The notes under the pieces are model-generated. The model worked only from the letters and a program-made list of their open reading frames with translations. It did no database searches and was not told the DNA's origin. Both the position numbers and the translations under genes were made by a program. Source: Podospora anserina (lineage: Eukaryota). Taken from it: 64,000 nucleotides of DNA. The stretch lies in contig JAFMPO010000001.1 of the NCBI GenBank assembly GCA_017654855.1, positions 372,001 through 436,000 of the forward strand, read 5' to 3'. Shown here in pieces: positions 26,401 through 38,579 of the stretch (position 1 is its first letter; the number at the start of each line of letters is the position of its first letter).

Positions 26401-27067
26401 ACTGAAGCCTAGGTGCGGAAGTGCTGCTCCTGTCGTTGGCTCAAAGTCACCTGAGACACGCACAGCACAGCACTTACCTTGGGAAATCGACACACTAGGG
26501 GTTCCTGTTCCTCCCACGCTGCTGTCAAACCCAATACAGGACCAAGAGCGTACGGGTGGCACTGGAAAATCCAAGGCAAATCATCTCGCACCTACAAGTC
26601 CGAACACCCACGAGTCTCCCGCCTCTTCAAATCCCCAAGTCAAGACGCCCCTCCTTCCCAGCCCACCGCCTCCCAAAACTACCATCGAGAACAACAGTCT
26701 CGTCAGCCCCCCAATCAGCAACACCCCCACACGACATCTTCCGGCCACCGCTCGAAGGACAAGCACCACCATCCCACCCGCCAGCCCAACCCTCAACCGC
26801 CAGCGTTCCCTACAACTGCAAGACCCAAACCTCAAAGTCATCACCATCTCGCCCTCTCCATCCCCCTCCCCAGCCCCAGAGCCTCAACCTTCAGCCCAAA
26901 ATCATGACCGAAACGGCTCCTCCAGCTCATCCTCATCCTCATCCTCATCCTCATCCGAAGACGAAGACGAAGACGAAGACGACAACGGCGCCTCGTACAA
27001 ACTACCGGCCCCGGACAGGACGCGGTCGAGGTCGAGGTCGCTGTGGGGGAGATTGTGGGGGTCGTGA
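23403..27067 (+). CDS. Fungal AlkB-like 2OG-Fe(II) dioxygenase-family protein (N-terminal SRA-like domain, two Cys clusters) with degenerate active site and long disordered tail
   Basis: Introns 23764-23842 and 25753-25810 join three ORF-track ORFs in frame. Family motifs: PAWAANRTDLIESLPFFR, CEEC..WVCANPRC, CPKC..WICEGPYGC, ATLCLGSPVRMRWR, LTHGDILI. Confidence 0.7.
26929..26980 (+). repeat. Coding microsatellites (TCATCC)n then (GAAGAC)n, encoding polySer and ED repeats
   Basis: Visible directly in the sequence. Confidence 0.9.
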
Positions 27068-27572
27068 GGTTTCTGCTTGGAAATGGGGGCCGATTGAGGG
27101 CGGGGAACAAGTTGGGATTTTGTGTGGGAGAGATGCTAGAATGGACCAGCACGGTCCACGCTTCACCTCCATACATGCCCCTATAGGCATGTTTGAAAAG
27201 TTTTGCTGGGGTCGGTGCTGGCTTCACACATGTTCAGCAGGGTGGCAATGCTGGATCCCCAAAGATGTTGTCATTTATCAACAGGGTGGTTGGTGTGCAC
27301 GCCCAAGGGACAGTTGAAGATATAAGCAGGAACACGTGGTTGTTGTTGTATGGTCATAAAGGGCAACGTCTGAGCTATAACTGAGATACTTTATATTTAA
27401 CCTTGTCCTCCCATCTCCACACATTACTGTATTACAGCCTTACAGAAGTCTCCCTTTTCCCCAGAGGCGACACACACAGAATTCAAAGGCCAGCATTGAG
27501 TCTCCACCGAACTGCGTTTTATTGAAACTTGTGACACTCCACGCGTTTGTGAGAGACCTCGTTACCTCCGGC

Positions 27573-28705
27573 TTACCGACTGGTATCCAGTACATACCTT
27601 CCCACCACTTTGTTCTCCCTCATGGCATCAAACACACCACCGAGCTCGCTCATACCCACCACTTTGACCGGTGCCCTCACCAGCCCACGGAGGAAGAAGT
27701 CTATCGCCTCCACCATATCCTGTCTGTTCCCAACATAAGACCCCTTCACCTGCACCATCCTCACCACGGTGTCGAACACCGGCATGCTCACCTTGGCACC
27801 CGCTGGCATGCCAATACAAACCACCGTCCCATGAGATCTCACATACCCGGTCGCCTGTTGAAACGGCTTCTCCATCGGGGCCAGCAGCAAAACCCCATGC
27901 GGTCCCAGCCCATCCGCCGTGGCCGCCTTGACATCCGCCACCAGGTCCTTGCTCTTCAAATAATCCACATACACCTCGGCCCCCAACTTCTTGCAGCTCT
28001 CCCCCTTTTCCGGACCCCCGTCAATAGCAATGACGTGTAGGCCCATGGCCTTGGCGTACTGTGTCGCCAAACTTCCCAAGCCACCACCTGCGCCCACAAT
28101 GGCCACATACTGCCCCGGCCGGGCCTCGCTCTGCTTGAGCCCAGTGTAGACCGTCAGACCGGCACACAGGATGGGCGCAGCAGCGTCCAACTCAACCCCT
28201 TTATCCTTGGGGAACTTGGCCACATGCGAGGCGTTGGCGACAGCGTACTGCTGGAAGCTGCCATCGACCGTGTACCCCGAGAGCTGCGCCTCGCTGCAAA
28301 GCATCTCCTGAGCTTGCATGCAAAAGGTGCAGTGGTGGCAGGTGGAGTTGAGCCAGGGGATCCCCACGTAGTCTCCGACATCGACGCCCTGGCCCGAAGC
28401 AACCAGGCTTCCTTTGGCCACCACGACGCCGGCGCCTTCGTGACCGCCCACCAGGGGGGTCTTGCGGGGCAGGGGCCAGTCGTTGTTGAGGGCGTGGAGG
28501 TCGGTGTGGCAGACGCCCGAGTACAAAATATGGATCAGGATTTCTTGGGGGCCCGGAGTGGGGACGGGGATGGTTTTTAACGTCATCACTGGCGCCTTTT
28601 GTTAGCGTGTGAACATCTGGTAATGGAGAAGACTTGAGGGGAGACTGCACCGCCATCAGCCGTGATGACCTGAGCCTTCTGCTCTTTGGGGATATCGGGG
28701 GCCAT
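27573..28705 (-). CDS. Zn-dependent alcohol dehydrogenase (ADH1-like), 1 intron
   Basis: [16 protein letters not shown], structural Zn CxxCxxCx7C, PILCAG, GAGGGLG, GRYVLD. First exon [19 protein letters not shown]. Confidence 0.95.
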
Positions 28706-30739
28706 TGTGGATTGCTGGCGAGAGCAGAACAAGCTTGATGCGGGAAACAGTGAGAGGAGGAAAAGTTAGAAAAAGAGAGAACGAACTTCAGTGATAGCAC
28801 TACTTTAAATGCGCTTGGACACGTCTGTTCTCACTGGATGAACGTCATGGGCTCGTCAGTTCGTCTGAGGGTTGACAGTTTTATGCTTTGATGCTAAGCC
28901 CACTTTCATTGCAAGCCTGGTGACGTCCCGAATGCAGATCTGGTTGCTGGGAAAGCTCCATCCGCATACTGGTGCGGCGGGAGACACCGATCCCGAAATC
29001 CCATACCGAGATGTCGATACAAAGTTCTGAAGCCGCCTTTGTGAGGGTTGAGATCGCAAGTGTTGAATCAAGGGTTGAAAGGGACCAACTCGCCAGCAAA
29101 CTTGGAAAGCGAAGGTAAAAGACACCGTCAGCCATCATCCCTGCCAAAATATATCAGAAAGTTAAGAATCGAGACGCACTTACTTCCAGAGGCATTCCCG
29201 CCGCATTCTTATCTTGCATCGGTCCTAAGGGAGGCGTTGCGGAGTTTCGGAATTACATCTGAAAGGACTTCGGACAGAATGTGATTTTTGGAATGGGGGA
29301 GTCTAGGTCGGAGTTCAGCCAGTGGGGGTATATGGCAAGCCCTTTGCCGCAGTCATTGTCAGTATCAAATTATGTTCAAGGAACACTGGGAATGCATAAG
29401 TATCTTAGTGCAACATCCGTCTTGAAGTGAGGGTGTTTTGTCAACATCAAATTTTAAAGGTAAACCATGCTCAGGTTCAAGGAAGTGGTTGACACCTGAT
29501 TTATGTGTAAGCCGCAACTTCTGTTGCAATGAAACATGTTTTGCCAAAAGCCACCGACTTGATCAGCCTGAAGCGGGCAGCGCGACCTGCAGACTGCCAT
29601 TATTATTGGTGGGTGCATACTTGGGGTAGGAATTCTAGGGCTGTACATCCAAGTGATGGTTCTGAGAAAGTCTTCTGTTGATATTTCACCATATCTCTTC
29701 TCAGGGGTGAAAGCAAGCCCAGAGTCCTTGGGTATGGTGAAATATGGCAGGGTGGTGAGAAATAGAAACAGCTGCTTGAGACAGGAAAGCCCAACATGGA
29801 TCAACATCAAGGGGGCAGACCTTGGGCGGATACAGACAGAAGAGCCGGGGCCTGATGAATTGTTTTCGACATGTCGTCACCAGCCAAGAACGACAGAAGG
29901 AAACAGTCAGAGATAGGGGTGCCCAACTACGTATAGTAGCATAATGAAGAACCATCGTGACTTTCGTCAAACACAGTTTTCAACTGCCCTGTGTGACGAT
30001 TTTGCTCTTTTAGAGCCCTGGTGGAAGCCTTTCGAAACTCGCTGTTTTGGGATGTGCCCGAGGCAAAGGCAGGACAAGGAATACAACGCGGACCTAAACG
30101 CTGGTGGTCATCGTTGCTGCAATTGCCGAAAATACAATCTTATCACTGGGGAATATGCTAGTTGGAATATTGGAAGGCTGTAACCAGCCATTAGAGCAGT
30201 ACAATTCGGTCCACTCACTCAACAGCTTCGAAGTAACGGCTGACACTCAACACGCGAGGTATTCGCTGCGGATGACTGATCATCACGGGGCTTCAAAGCG
30301 TGATGGTTGTGGTGAATTCGGACCAGAAGACCTTCTTCCTGCTCTTGACTTGCTTAACTTGCTCTTGAAGACCCTCGACAGCCACGAGCCAACACTTCAA
30401 TTCACTTCTATTATGCGTTATATCACTGCTAGTCTCGCTCCCAACTGGGGACAAATTCCCAACGCGCTATTCACTGTTGGCATGATTGCTCCCGCAACAG
30501 CTATATGATTTTGACCGCAAATAAACCCTTGATTGCTTCCACTTTCCCAGAACAACTCAACCTGGGTTCCAAACTACCTTGGTCTTCCTCCCTCGTAAGA
30601 TCATCGACACCAACCCATCACTCTCCCGTCATCAACATAATCAAGGAATCCCAAGTAAGTCAGATGTCTGAAATTCTATCAATCGTTCAACAGTAGCAGC
30701 TACCCAGTTACTAACGGTTTCCGCAGGTAGCTCAGCAAA

Positions 30740-31633
30740 ATGAACTCCAACCGCTCCCGTCCCGATAGCCGGGCTGGCCGCGCCAGCGAGCGCGTTACCT
30801 TTGATGAGATAGCGCTCAGTGACGACGAACGTATTGCCACAGTTTTCCGCCCCATGAAGGCCTTAGCCAACCGTAACGAGGCCGACGAGCAAGCGTTGGG
30901 GGACGAGCGGGAGAGTCGCGGGTTCTCCCGCAACTACCGCGGCGATATGAACAATCCCAAGAACCAGCGCGGCATGGTTTCCGACAATGAGAACACCAGC
31001 TTGTTCATCACCCGGTTGCCTGCGGATGTCACCCCCGCTCAGCTCTTGAAAGCCCTCGCCCCCCATGGACCTTTCGGGAGGGTTTGGTCAGTCCACATCA
31101 TCCCTGCCAATGCCGACAAGGGCCAGACAGGGGCCGCGGCAAAGCTCATCATGTTCGATCGCGCTGGGGCTGAGGCGGTATACAACTTCATTCACCGCGG
31201 CGGTCTTTCTTTCTACAATGGGTCGACCAGGATCCGGGCGATGGTCTCCTGGAACCAGGTCAAGTCACCGCCGTCCGATCCCCGGGGCACCAAGTCGCGC
31301 GTTCTCATTATCTCGGGCCCTGCCGACTTTGTCGATGTGAAGAAGCTCAGAGCTCTGTTCAGTCGCTACTTCATCTATCAGGAGGAGGAAGTCAAGCTTA
31401 CCTCGCATCGGGACTCCAAGCATGAGATTGAGTTCAGGTTCTGCTGCTTTCACGCTCAGGCGGAGGCCGCATCGGTCTTCCTCGGACGTTTGAAACCTTG
31501 GAGTGTGTTTGTCAAGTTTGGAGCCGACCCTCTTGCTCAGCAGCCCCCAGCAAACGCTCAGGCTCGGTCGTCTGTAGCGGAGGACCGCTGGGCCCTGTTG
31601 GGTCAGCGCAGACGTGGAGGATCTAGTTCTTAA
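30740..31633 (+). CDS. RRM-type RNA-binding protein (divergent, Sordariomycete family)
   Basis: SLFITRLPADVT (RNP2-like), AAKLIMFD, SRVLIISGP and VKFGADP. There is a 5'UTR intron at ~30655-30726. Confidence 0.7.
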   Translation: MNSNRSRPDSRAGRASERVTFDEIALSDDERIATVFRPMKALANRNEADEQALGDERESRGFSRNYRGDMNNPKNQRGMVSDNENTSLFITRLPADVTPAQLLKALAPHGPFGRVWSVHIIPANADKGQTGAAAKLIMFDRAGAEAVYNFIHRGGLSFYNGSTRIRAMVSWNQVKSPPSDPRGTKSRVLIISGPADFVDVKKLRALFSRYFIYQEEEVKLTSHRDSKHEIEFRFCCFHAQAEAASVFLGRLKPWSVFVKFGADPLAQQPPANAQARSSVAEDRWALLGQRRRGGSSS

Positions 31634-32250
31634 GCATTTTAGGCAATGCTTCAAGTCAACGAGGATATGGACGGCGGGCCGGTGGTGACGGAGAAGGCAA
31701 CCTCGACCTAGGTACTCATCAGAAGTAGTTCACGGGTAGCCCTGCTCGAGTGGTGAAGAATCTATATATTATCACTATTACTTGCCCTGTTATCTGCCTT
31801 TCGTCTTTTCATAGACTACGGGGATTGCCTTAATTATATGAACTGTTCACGATGTCTGAATAGCCTCTATACCCTTGTTGGTGAGATTTGGTGGTGGTTT
31901 CAGGGGGTGGCGCGACCACCAGCCACGTGTGGCTGAGATGTTTGATGTCACGGAGGACATTTTGTCATTGCAGTTTTTACACGTTGAGTACCAATGATTT
32001 TAAGGAGTTGTTGCCTGACCAATGTCAAGATGTAGAAACAAATTACAGCCAGGACGATAATATTGTTTTGGAAGAACGTGTCATGAGCCATGTCAGAGCG
32101 AATATTCATAAAAAGTAGAAGTCAAATCCGGAGCCCGACGTTGCTATCTGCTTCCTATTGTACAAACACAGTCCCAATTGTCCTCTGCCAAATTGCGCCA
32201 TCAGAAATGTCATTTCATATCATGAAAGTGCGACCATCAGAATTGTCTCC

Positions 32251-32709
32251 CTACTCCTCGGAGTTGCCACCATGACTGGCGAGTCCTCCCTTCCTGCCAG
32301 CCTCGCGGGCACGCTCGCTACCGGGCTCAAAGCTACCGGAGGAAGCTTTGCCACCCTTGGAAGCGATCTCACGCTGTGGCACAAAAGCAGTCAGCCATGT
32401 CTCATGGCAATACGCATAGCAAAGAATGGCAAGATACATACCTGCTTCTCGGGGTCCATGCTGGCAAAGCCCTGGTTGCCCGTACCGCTGTTGCCAGAGG
32501 AGGAGTCGTCGTTGGCAGCTTGAGTGCCGCCTCCGCCGTGGCTAGCCTTGCCACCCTTGGAAGCAATCTCGCGCACCTCCTCCTTGGGACTGGAGAAAAG
32601 AAGATTGGTTAGGGTTTGGCCATGTGGGTGTGGTGCCTGCGGGGTCGTGGGCAGAGCTAGAGGGGAGGACATACCGGTTGGCAAAGTTTCCGGGGTTGTT
32701 GCTGGCCAT
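32251..32709 (-). CDS. con-10: Conidiation-specific protein 10 / KGG-repeat stress protein, 2 introns
   Basis: Spliced MASNNPGNFANR / PKEEVREIASKGGKASH...GFASMDPEKQ / REIASKGGKASSGSFEPGSERAREAGRKGG. Confidence 0.93.
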
Positions 32710-33892
32710 TTTTAGTTTGGTGTATTGAGTAGGGACTCTTGAAAGAGGTTGTGAGACTAGTTGTTGGATTGGGAGATGATTGTGGATGTTTGATTCAGAG
32801 AGCGGATGGTGCGTGGTAAAATGAAGATGGCAGTGGGTGATTGGAGGTCAATAAATACTTTTTCCCCCTCTCATGTCAGCCACCTCTCTGGCGGAGAACC
32901 CCAGGGAGTGTTTGCTCCATTCTCTAAGCTTTTGGTTGGGGTTGCCGAAAGCGGAAGGATGCAGCACAGTCATGATGATAGTCATGATGTCAACATTATG
33001 GGGAAAACAGCCAGTGGGAAGGTGCGGGGCGGTGCTGGTTTGTCACATTTGTCCATCTCTCCATACTGCCGTGACTGCCAACCTGCAGGCCACCGTGGGA
33101 AACAATGATTTCTTTTTCTCTTTGAAACAGAAAGCGTAATTGACTCTGGAGCAAAGTACTGGAGGGCAGGAGATCCCGGCGTAAAGATGACACAGTTGGT
33201 GGAAGTGATGATGACAGTGACCGGATTGCGACATGGGGGTGACCAGGCGGTCAAATGATGCGCTAACAAACTCGCCAAGCTTCCCGTCTCAGCGAGACTT
33301 TCAGCAGCCCCGTTTAGAAGATCTTAGGTAGCAGATCCTGAGATAAAATCCTCCGGAGCGAAACGGGAGTCGCAAATGCGTAGATTGGTTGATGTGAGTA
33401 TTCTTACTCTTGGCTGTTGTGCAATTGGTACCAATGTTTAGAACATCAGGAGATGGCAAATCCATAAGGTACTTCGTAGAACAGTTTCGCCTGCCAGGAG
33501 AGAGCGATCTCGAATGAGGAAATTGTGTGGCCCCCGAGCCTTCATCCTGATTTCTGTGGCATCAACGAGGTCTTTGTCGTCCCTTCCCGATCGTCCTTCT
33601 CTTTGGTGTTTTGAAACCCGAAAGCAGCACCAGTCGCATCCCGTCAGGTGGAGCTCTCGTTGGCATCCTCTGCAAAGTTGCCAGTGGTTCACCTGACTCT
33701 CGTTCACACAACTAATCAACCACATTGCTATCCACCCAGGCTTGTTAAAATATCATCAGTTTGCTGGCATCAGGCGCCTTCCTCGCTCATTACCCCTGGC
33801 TTCAACACCAGCAACACGCAATCGGGATTCTTAATCATGCGACCATGCCTCCCTTCTTCTTTTTTGCGGCCTTCGATGCGGAAACAACTACG

Positions 33893-35025
33893 ATGCCATC
33901 AAGTTTAGACGGCGGCTCAGACAATGGCTCCGACGATAGCTTCCCTCACTCTCACTATCCACCGCCGTGGAGACTTTCCGAGTTTCAGACCAGCAACTGG
34001 CAACAGTCCCATGCATACTTGGGCACTCCTCGGGAGGAACGCGAATCGTTGGAGAAAAACCGATACCATAGGTTTCTCCCGGCCCTTGAATTCGCCCTCT
34101 AAATGCTGGGCAACCAGATCGTGATCAATGAAAGGCGTCAGACTTTTCGGCACCGAAGAGATTCCAAGCGCCACCAGCTGCATCGTCGTTTGCGGTCCAG
34201 AACCACAATTTCGGCTGTCTTCGGATCTCAAGTCATTGCCAGCCACAGTTTCGAAGATATTCATTGCCGTGATATTCGCGACCTCATATCCCCGAACAGC
34301 ACACAAACCATACGGCACACCGAACGCTGGATTATCATCCGATTGGATGGATGAATATCCCGCGAGAGGTACTATCTTCCACGCTAGCCTGCGTGCGCGT
34401 ACATCCCAATATACATACTCAGTCCCACCTGTTCAACCTTAGGCTTCACTCCCAGCCAGCACCATGTCGTTTCCAGCCTCCCCCACGCCGTCCATCCGCG
34501 ACACCCCGTCCGCTCCCGCCGATGAAGCATGGGGACGCTTCGCTACCTTTGTCCCCCGATAGCACCGACGACGAAGCCGCCCTGCGAGAGCTTGTGGATG
34601 CCGTTTGAGAACTCACCAAGTTGATTGCGGCTAAGGAGGCAGCGGAAAAGACCATCCGACAAGTTTACCGGAAAGACTACCCGACCTGGGATATTGGTAC
34701 CGATGGGCAAGAAGAGTAGGAACATACTGAGCCGGCAATCGACCTACATACCTGAGCGTGCCCGGCTTGCCCAAACTCTCTGCCACCAGCCGGATAACCA
34801 GACTTCGAAAACCGGCTACAAAATCCGTGTTTATACACCGGACCTGCTATTCAGCGATCAAGTGCTAAAGAAACAAGTGTCGAATCATCTTCCCCCTCTG
34901 AAACTGCAGAGGCATCAGGGGTGACAACAGTAATGGAACTCTCTGAATCACTGGAGGTTTCAGTGCAGAAAACGCTGAAGTTTGCCAATGGGTATGGTGC
35001 TTCCCTGGGCGAGCTTGCCCTTTGA
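33893..35025 (+). pseudogene. Disrupted gene of unknown family
   Basis: Protein-like frames interrupted by stops explicable as C->T changes (TAA 34100, TGA 34606, TAG, TGA, TAA). One segment reads DEAALRELVDAV*ELTKLIAAKEAAEKTIRQ. Confidence 0.4.
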
Positions 35026-35300
35026 CTCCCAAGAAAAACCCTGATTTTTCAAAGTCCAGTAAGGCAATGAGCCTCTAGTTGGGGTCGAAAATGTTCTGGT
35101 TGAATATAGTGCCTCCATTGATGTAAAGGCGCTCACCGCTCACAATATTCAATGGGAAGTTCTGATTCCCCATGAGACAAGTTTCATCTCCGATGCAGCG
35201 TGGACATTGCTTCTTGAAATCATGTCGTTGGTCCAGTGTGGGCGAGCAAAATGGCGCAATCTGTACTCCGATTCCCACACAAAGTTTCCTTTTCCTATTT

Positions 35301-35345
35301 CCAAACCCTTCCTCCAAACCCTTCCTCCAACCCCTTCCTTCAAAC
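35301..35345 (+). repeat. Short tandem repeat, ~13-bp unit CCAAACCCTTCCT, ~3 copies
   Basis: Visible directly in the sequence. Confidence 0.75.
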
Positions 35346-37006
35346 TGTCCCACACTTTCCTCACCCTCCAGCCTCCAAGAATCTACCTCTTTCCCCGTAT
35401 ACCGCCCGACACGTTAATTTTTGTTTTCAACCAGTGCGGCATAACAGATGGAATGTGACTCGCGGCCCACACCCTCGGCCAGCGCGGCAGGGAGTGAATC
35501 CCAACAAATGGTTGAGATATTTCCTACACGGCTTACGTCTTTTCAAAGGGCCCCTGCGGGGCTTAATACATCATGGCAAAACGTCAAACAGGCCGCAGAT
35601 AACTCAGCGGCAAAGATATTCCTGGACGAGGGCGGCTTTCGCGCTTGATTCGTGTATGTTTTAACCAAAAACTCTAAAGGCAAATAAACGCAAGTAGATA
35701 ACCAACCGGTCGCTCTCCGGAGTAGATGTAAAAACCCAATTGATGACGATCTGCTGTCCGAAACTATAGGGTCCCCAAATACATTTGGCCAGACAACTCC
35801 ATCTCCTGTCTTATCAAAGTGCCACCAGTACGTTCTAAAAGTCGTCGAGTTCGGAGCTAGTTTGGCCTCGAGACCATAACCATAATTCTCTCGCCTCCCC
35901 CCCCTCTTGTAGGTGGTCTAAAATACTTTTCAATGACACCGACCGAGGAACAAAGAATCTAGATCCAAATGCAATGCATCTTGCTCCGCACCAAGACGAG
36001 GTGATCTGGAACTGGATGCCAATTGAAAAGACAGATGAGATGTATTGCTGATGGTGACATATGGAAGAAATGCAAGTGGCGATGCGGAGTTTCGGGATTG
36101 TAGGGATTAATGGGGCGTGGTCTGGATGCCACCTGGTCTGATGATGGTCAGAAATACTCGTGTTTTTATCAGACGCTGAAGCCTGGTTGAAACTCATCAA
36201 AGCTCAGTTGTACCTGTATACACAATACATCTGGTCATCGCTTCTACTAAAACGGTTTAACCCACCTGCTATTGTACTTATTGCGTTGCTGTTTTAACAA
36301 ACTGACTCCGGTAACCACATCCAGCATCAACAACATCACACTATTGTGCCATCATCGTCTCTTGAAAGTATTACAATGCGAAATGGATATTCGACAAGTG
36401 GATTATATGAACGGTATGTACTCGCTGCGGCTCCCCGCATCAGTCAAGACTTGCCTATATTTAGATGGCGTTGCATCCTGCGCGCTCACAGCCATCCATT
36501 TCTCACAAGTCACTGCATCTCGAGACCTTATTCTCCATACAAATAACTCTCCCGGGGAGTATTATCTTTTTTGGCGCTAACTCCGTTATCGTTATTATTA
36601 TCGCGACTAAAATAGTTCGCGTATTAAAATAAATACAGTATGCTCCTGTCATGTGCATTTGGCCGAATAAACTGCAATTAACAGGCAATTCAACACGAAT
36701 TCCGTTAAGAGTTCCCCCCTAATAGCACGCACGACCAGCACCAACGACGGGTGGTCTGTATAGTGGAAAAGGAGCCAGGGTATGGATGGTGATGATCAGT
36801 AGAATATGGTTCCCACCAGTGCCTTGACGGAGGACATGGCGTGTCAAAGTTCTCCAGAGCAAGTGAGGGTGATCTAAAGTACGTCAGATCCTGACCATAT
36901 TACGCGGGAATGAAGTCGAGGTTCATCTTGCGTGCGACTTCCGACCAGTCGCAGACGGCCAACCACTCTCCAGCACTCATAGGCCGCCAGACATCCTCGA
37001 GAACAC

Positions 37007-37365
37007 TCAGGTGACAACACCATCAAAGATCTGGGATGCGGCATCAGGATCCTGCACACAGACGATAGATGTTGGTTCAGCTACTACCCATCTATCGTTC
37101 GATCATGCCAGCGCTTATATTAACACAAGTATCGGGCGTTTCCAAATAGCCGCAGCCACCATGGAAAGATCAAAACAACTGGGTAATCCGGTGTGTTATG
37201 CGTATGGTTTAGGACAAGACAGGCGCTGGATTACCTACGATAACAAGGACGTATTATAGTTGCCACTGGAATAATATACATACGCTTCTGCCGTACAAGG
37301 GTGCAAAATGGCCATTGGTTATTACTCGGGACGTACTATAATATTTTCATTCTCTCGGAATGTTG
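37007..37365 (+). pseudogene. C-terminal relic of a HET-E/HNWD-type NACHT-WD40 NLR gene
   Basis: SGDNTIK/IWDAASGSCTQT (1-nt frameshift) matches the HET-E-type WD repeat. Followed by the terminal LSFD..INTSIG..YGLGQDRRWITY..VL*LP segment with a TGG->TAG stop. Confidence 0.8.
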
Positions 37366-37579
37366 AACTGTTCGATTTTTATATTCTTTCTCTCCTATAT
37401 TTCCTTTTCTTATTTACCACCAAAGGGGGGTGGGGTACAGAACATATTTATAGACCAAATAATTCTTTACATTTTCAATCTGGTATCAAAAGATAACGCA
37501 TATCTTCCCGTATACGTGGCAATATTATAGGATAGCAATAGCAATTAGCCTCAGCAGTGGTTCGAAGGAGGCGTGGCGT

Positions 37580-37875
37580 TGTCATGCGGTCCGGCTAGCT
37601 TAGCAAAAAGATCTGGAAATAGTGGGTTAGTATCAATCCGAGGTCCTATACTCTTTGATTAAGGTGTTTAACTATCGTAGGGATATAATTAGTTGTTTAA
37701 GATCTTGCTGGTATTCCCCTGGCGGCTCTTTTGGGTATGGGCTCTTTGTTGCTACGTAGTAAGTGTCGCCGTCTTAGCAAACGCACAAGAAGTCGATGAG
37801 TCTAGAGAAGCAAAGGTTCAAACTAAATAGAAAGCTATAGTGTAGTAATTTAGTAAGTTTTGCTACTTGCTGACA
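37580..37875. mobile_element. Candidate solo LTR, RIP-mutated
   Basis: 296 bp bounded by TGTCA...TGACA inverted termini, TpA-rich interior. No recognisable target-site duplication. Confidence 0.45.
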
Positions 37876-38579
37876 ATACTCTCAACAACATTTCCACAAG
37901 AGGCAACAGCCCACCCATATTAGCGTCTAAAACTCGGAAGCCAAACTTCACAATAAAATACCGGTTTTTAGCTACTCTAGCCTAGTTTTATTATTAACCA
38001 CCCCCCTTATTACCCAACCTTCACGCGCCCTCGACCCACAGAAACCGCCAAGAACCATAAACTAACGTAGATAAACAAACCACTTTACTCACGAATAGGT
38101 AAGAACGAGTAGGCCAATAGCGATCGGATTCACCTCTTTAGGTCTTGAGGCTATGCGTAGAGCGAGGGAACTATACGTATATAACAATATTTAGACTATA
38201 AGATAGACGATAGAAGCCGAGCCGTAGTGCGGCAGCACCATCAACGCCCATCGGGAGACATGACACCCACGCCTTATACCTTGTATAATCAGGCTGCGCT
38301 CCTCGGCTTTTGCTACGATGGTATTGGCTTCCTGCAACGTGAGAGTAAATAGTAAGACATTATCAAGCAGTGGCAGGCAAAGATTAGAGACCTTCTTCAT
38401 TTCGACCTTTCGCCCTTTCACGGAGAAGATTATACCCCGCGTCTAGAGTCTACGCTTACAAAATAACCCTCCTATGTAGATATTACATGAAGCATACATG
38501 AATATCTGCTCTGTTCGCTAATAACTTGACAAACTAAGGTGCGCATCACCCAAACTATCCTAAATTCAGCCTCAAATAC

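Noticed and set aside
29350..30200. Patchy protein-like short ORFs upstream of the RRM gene
   Set aside because: No consistent frame or family motif.
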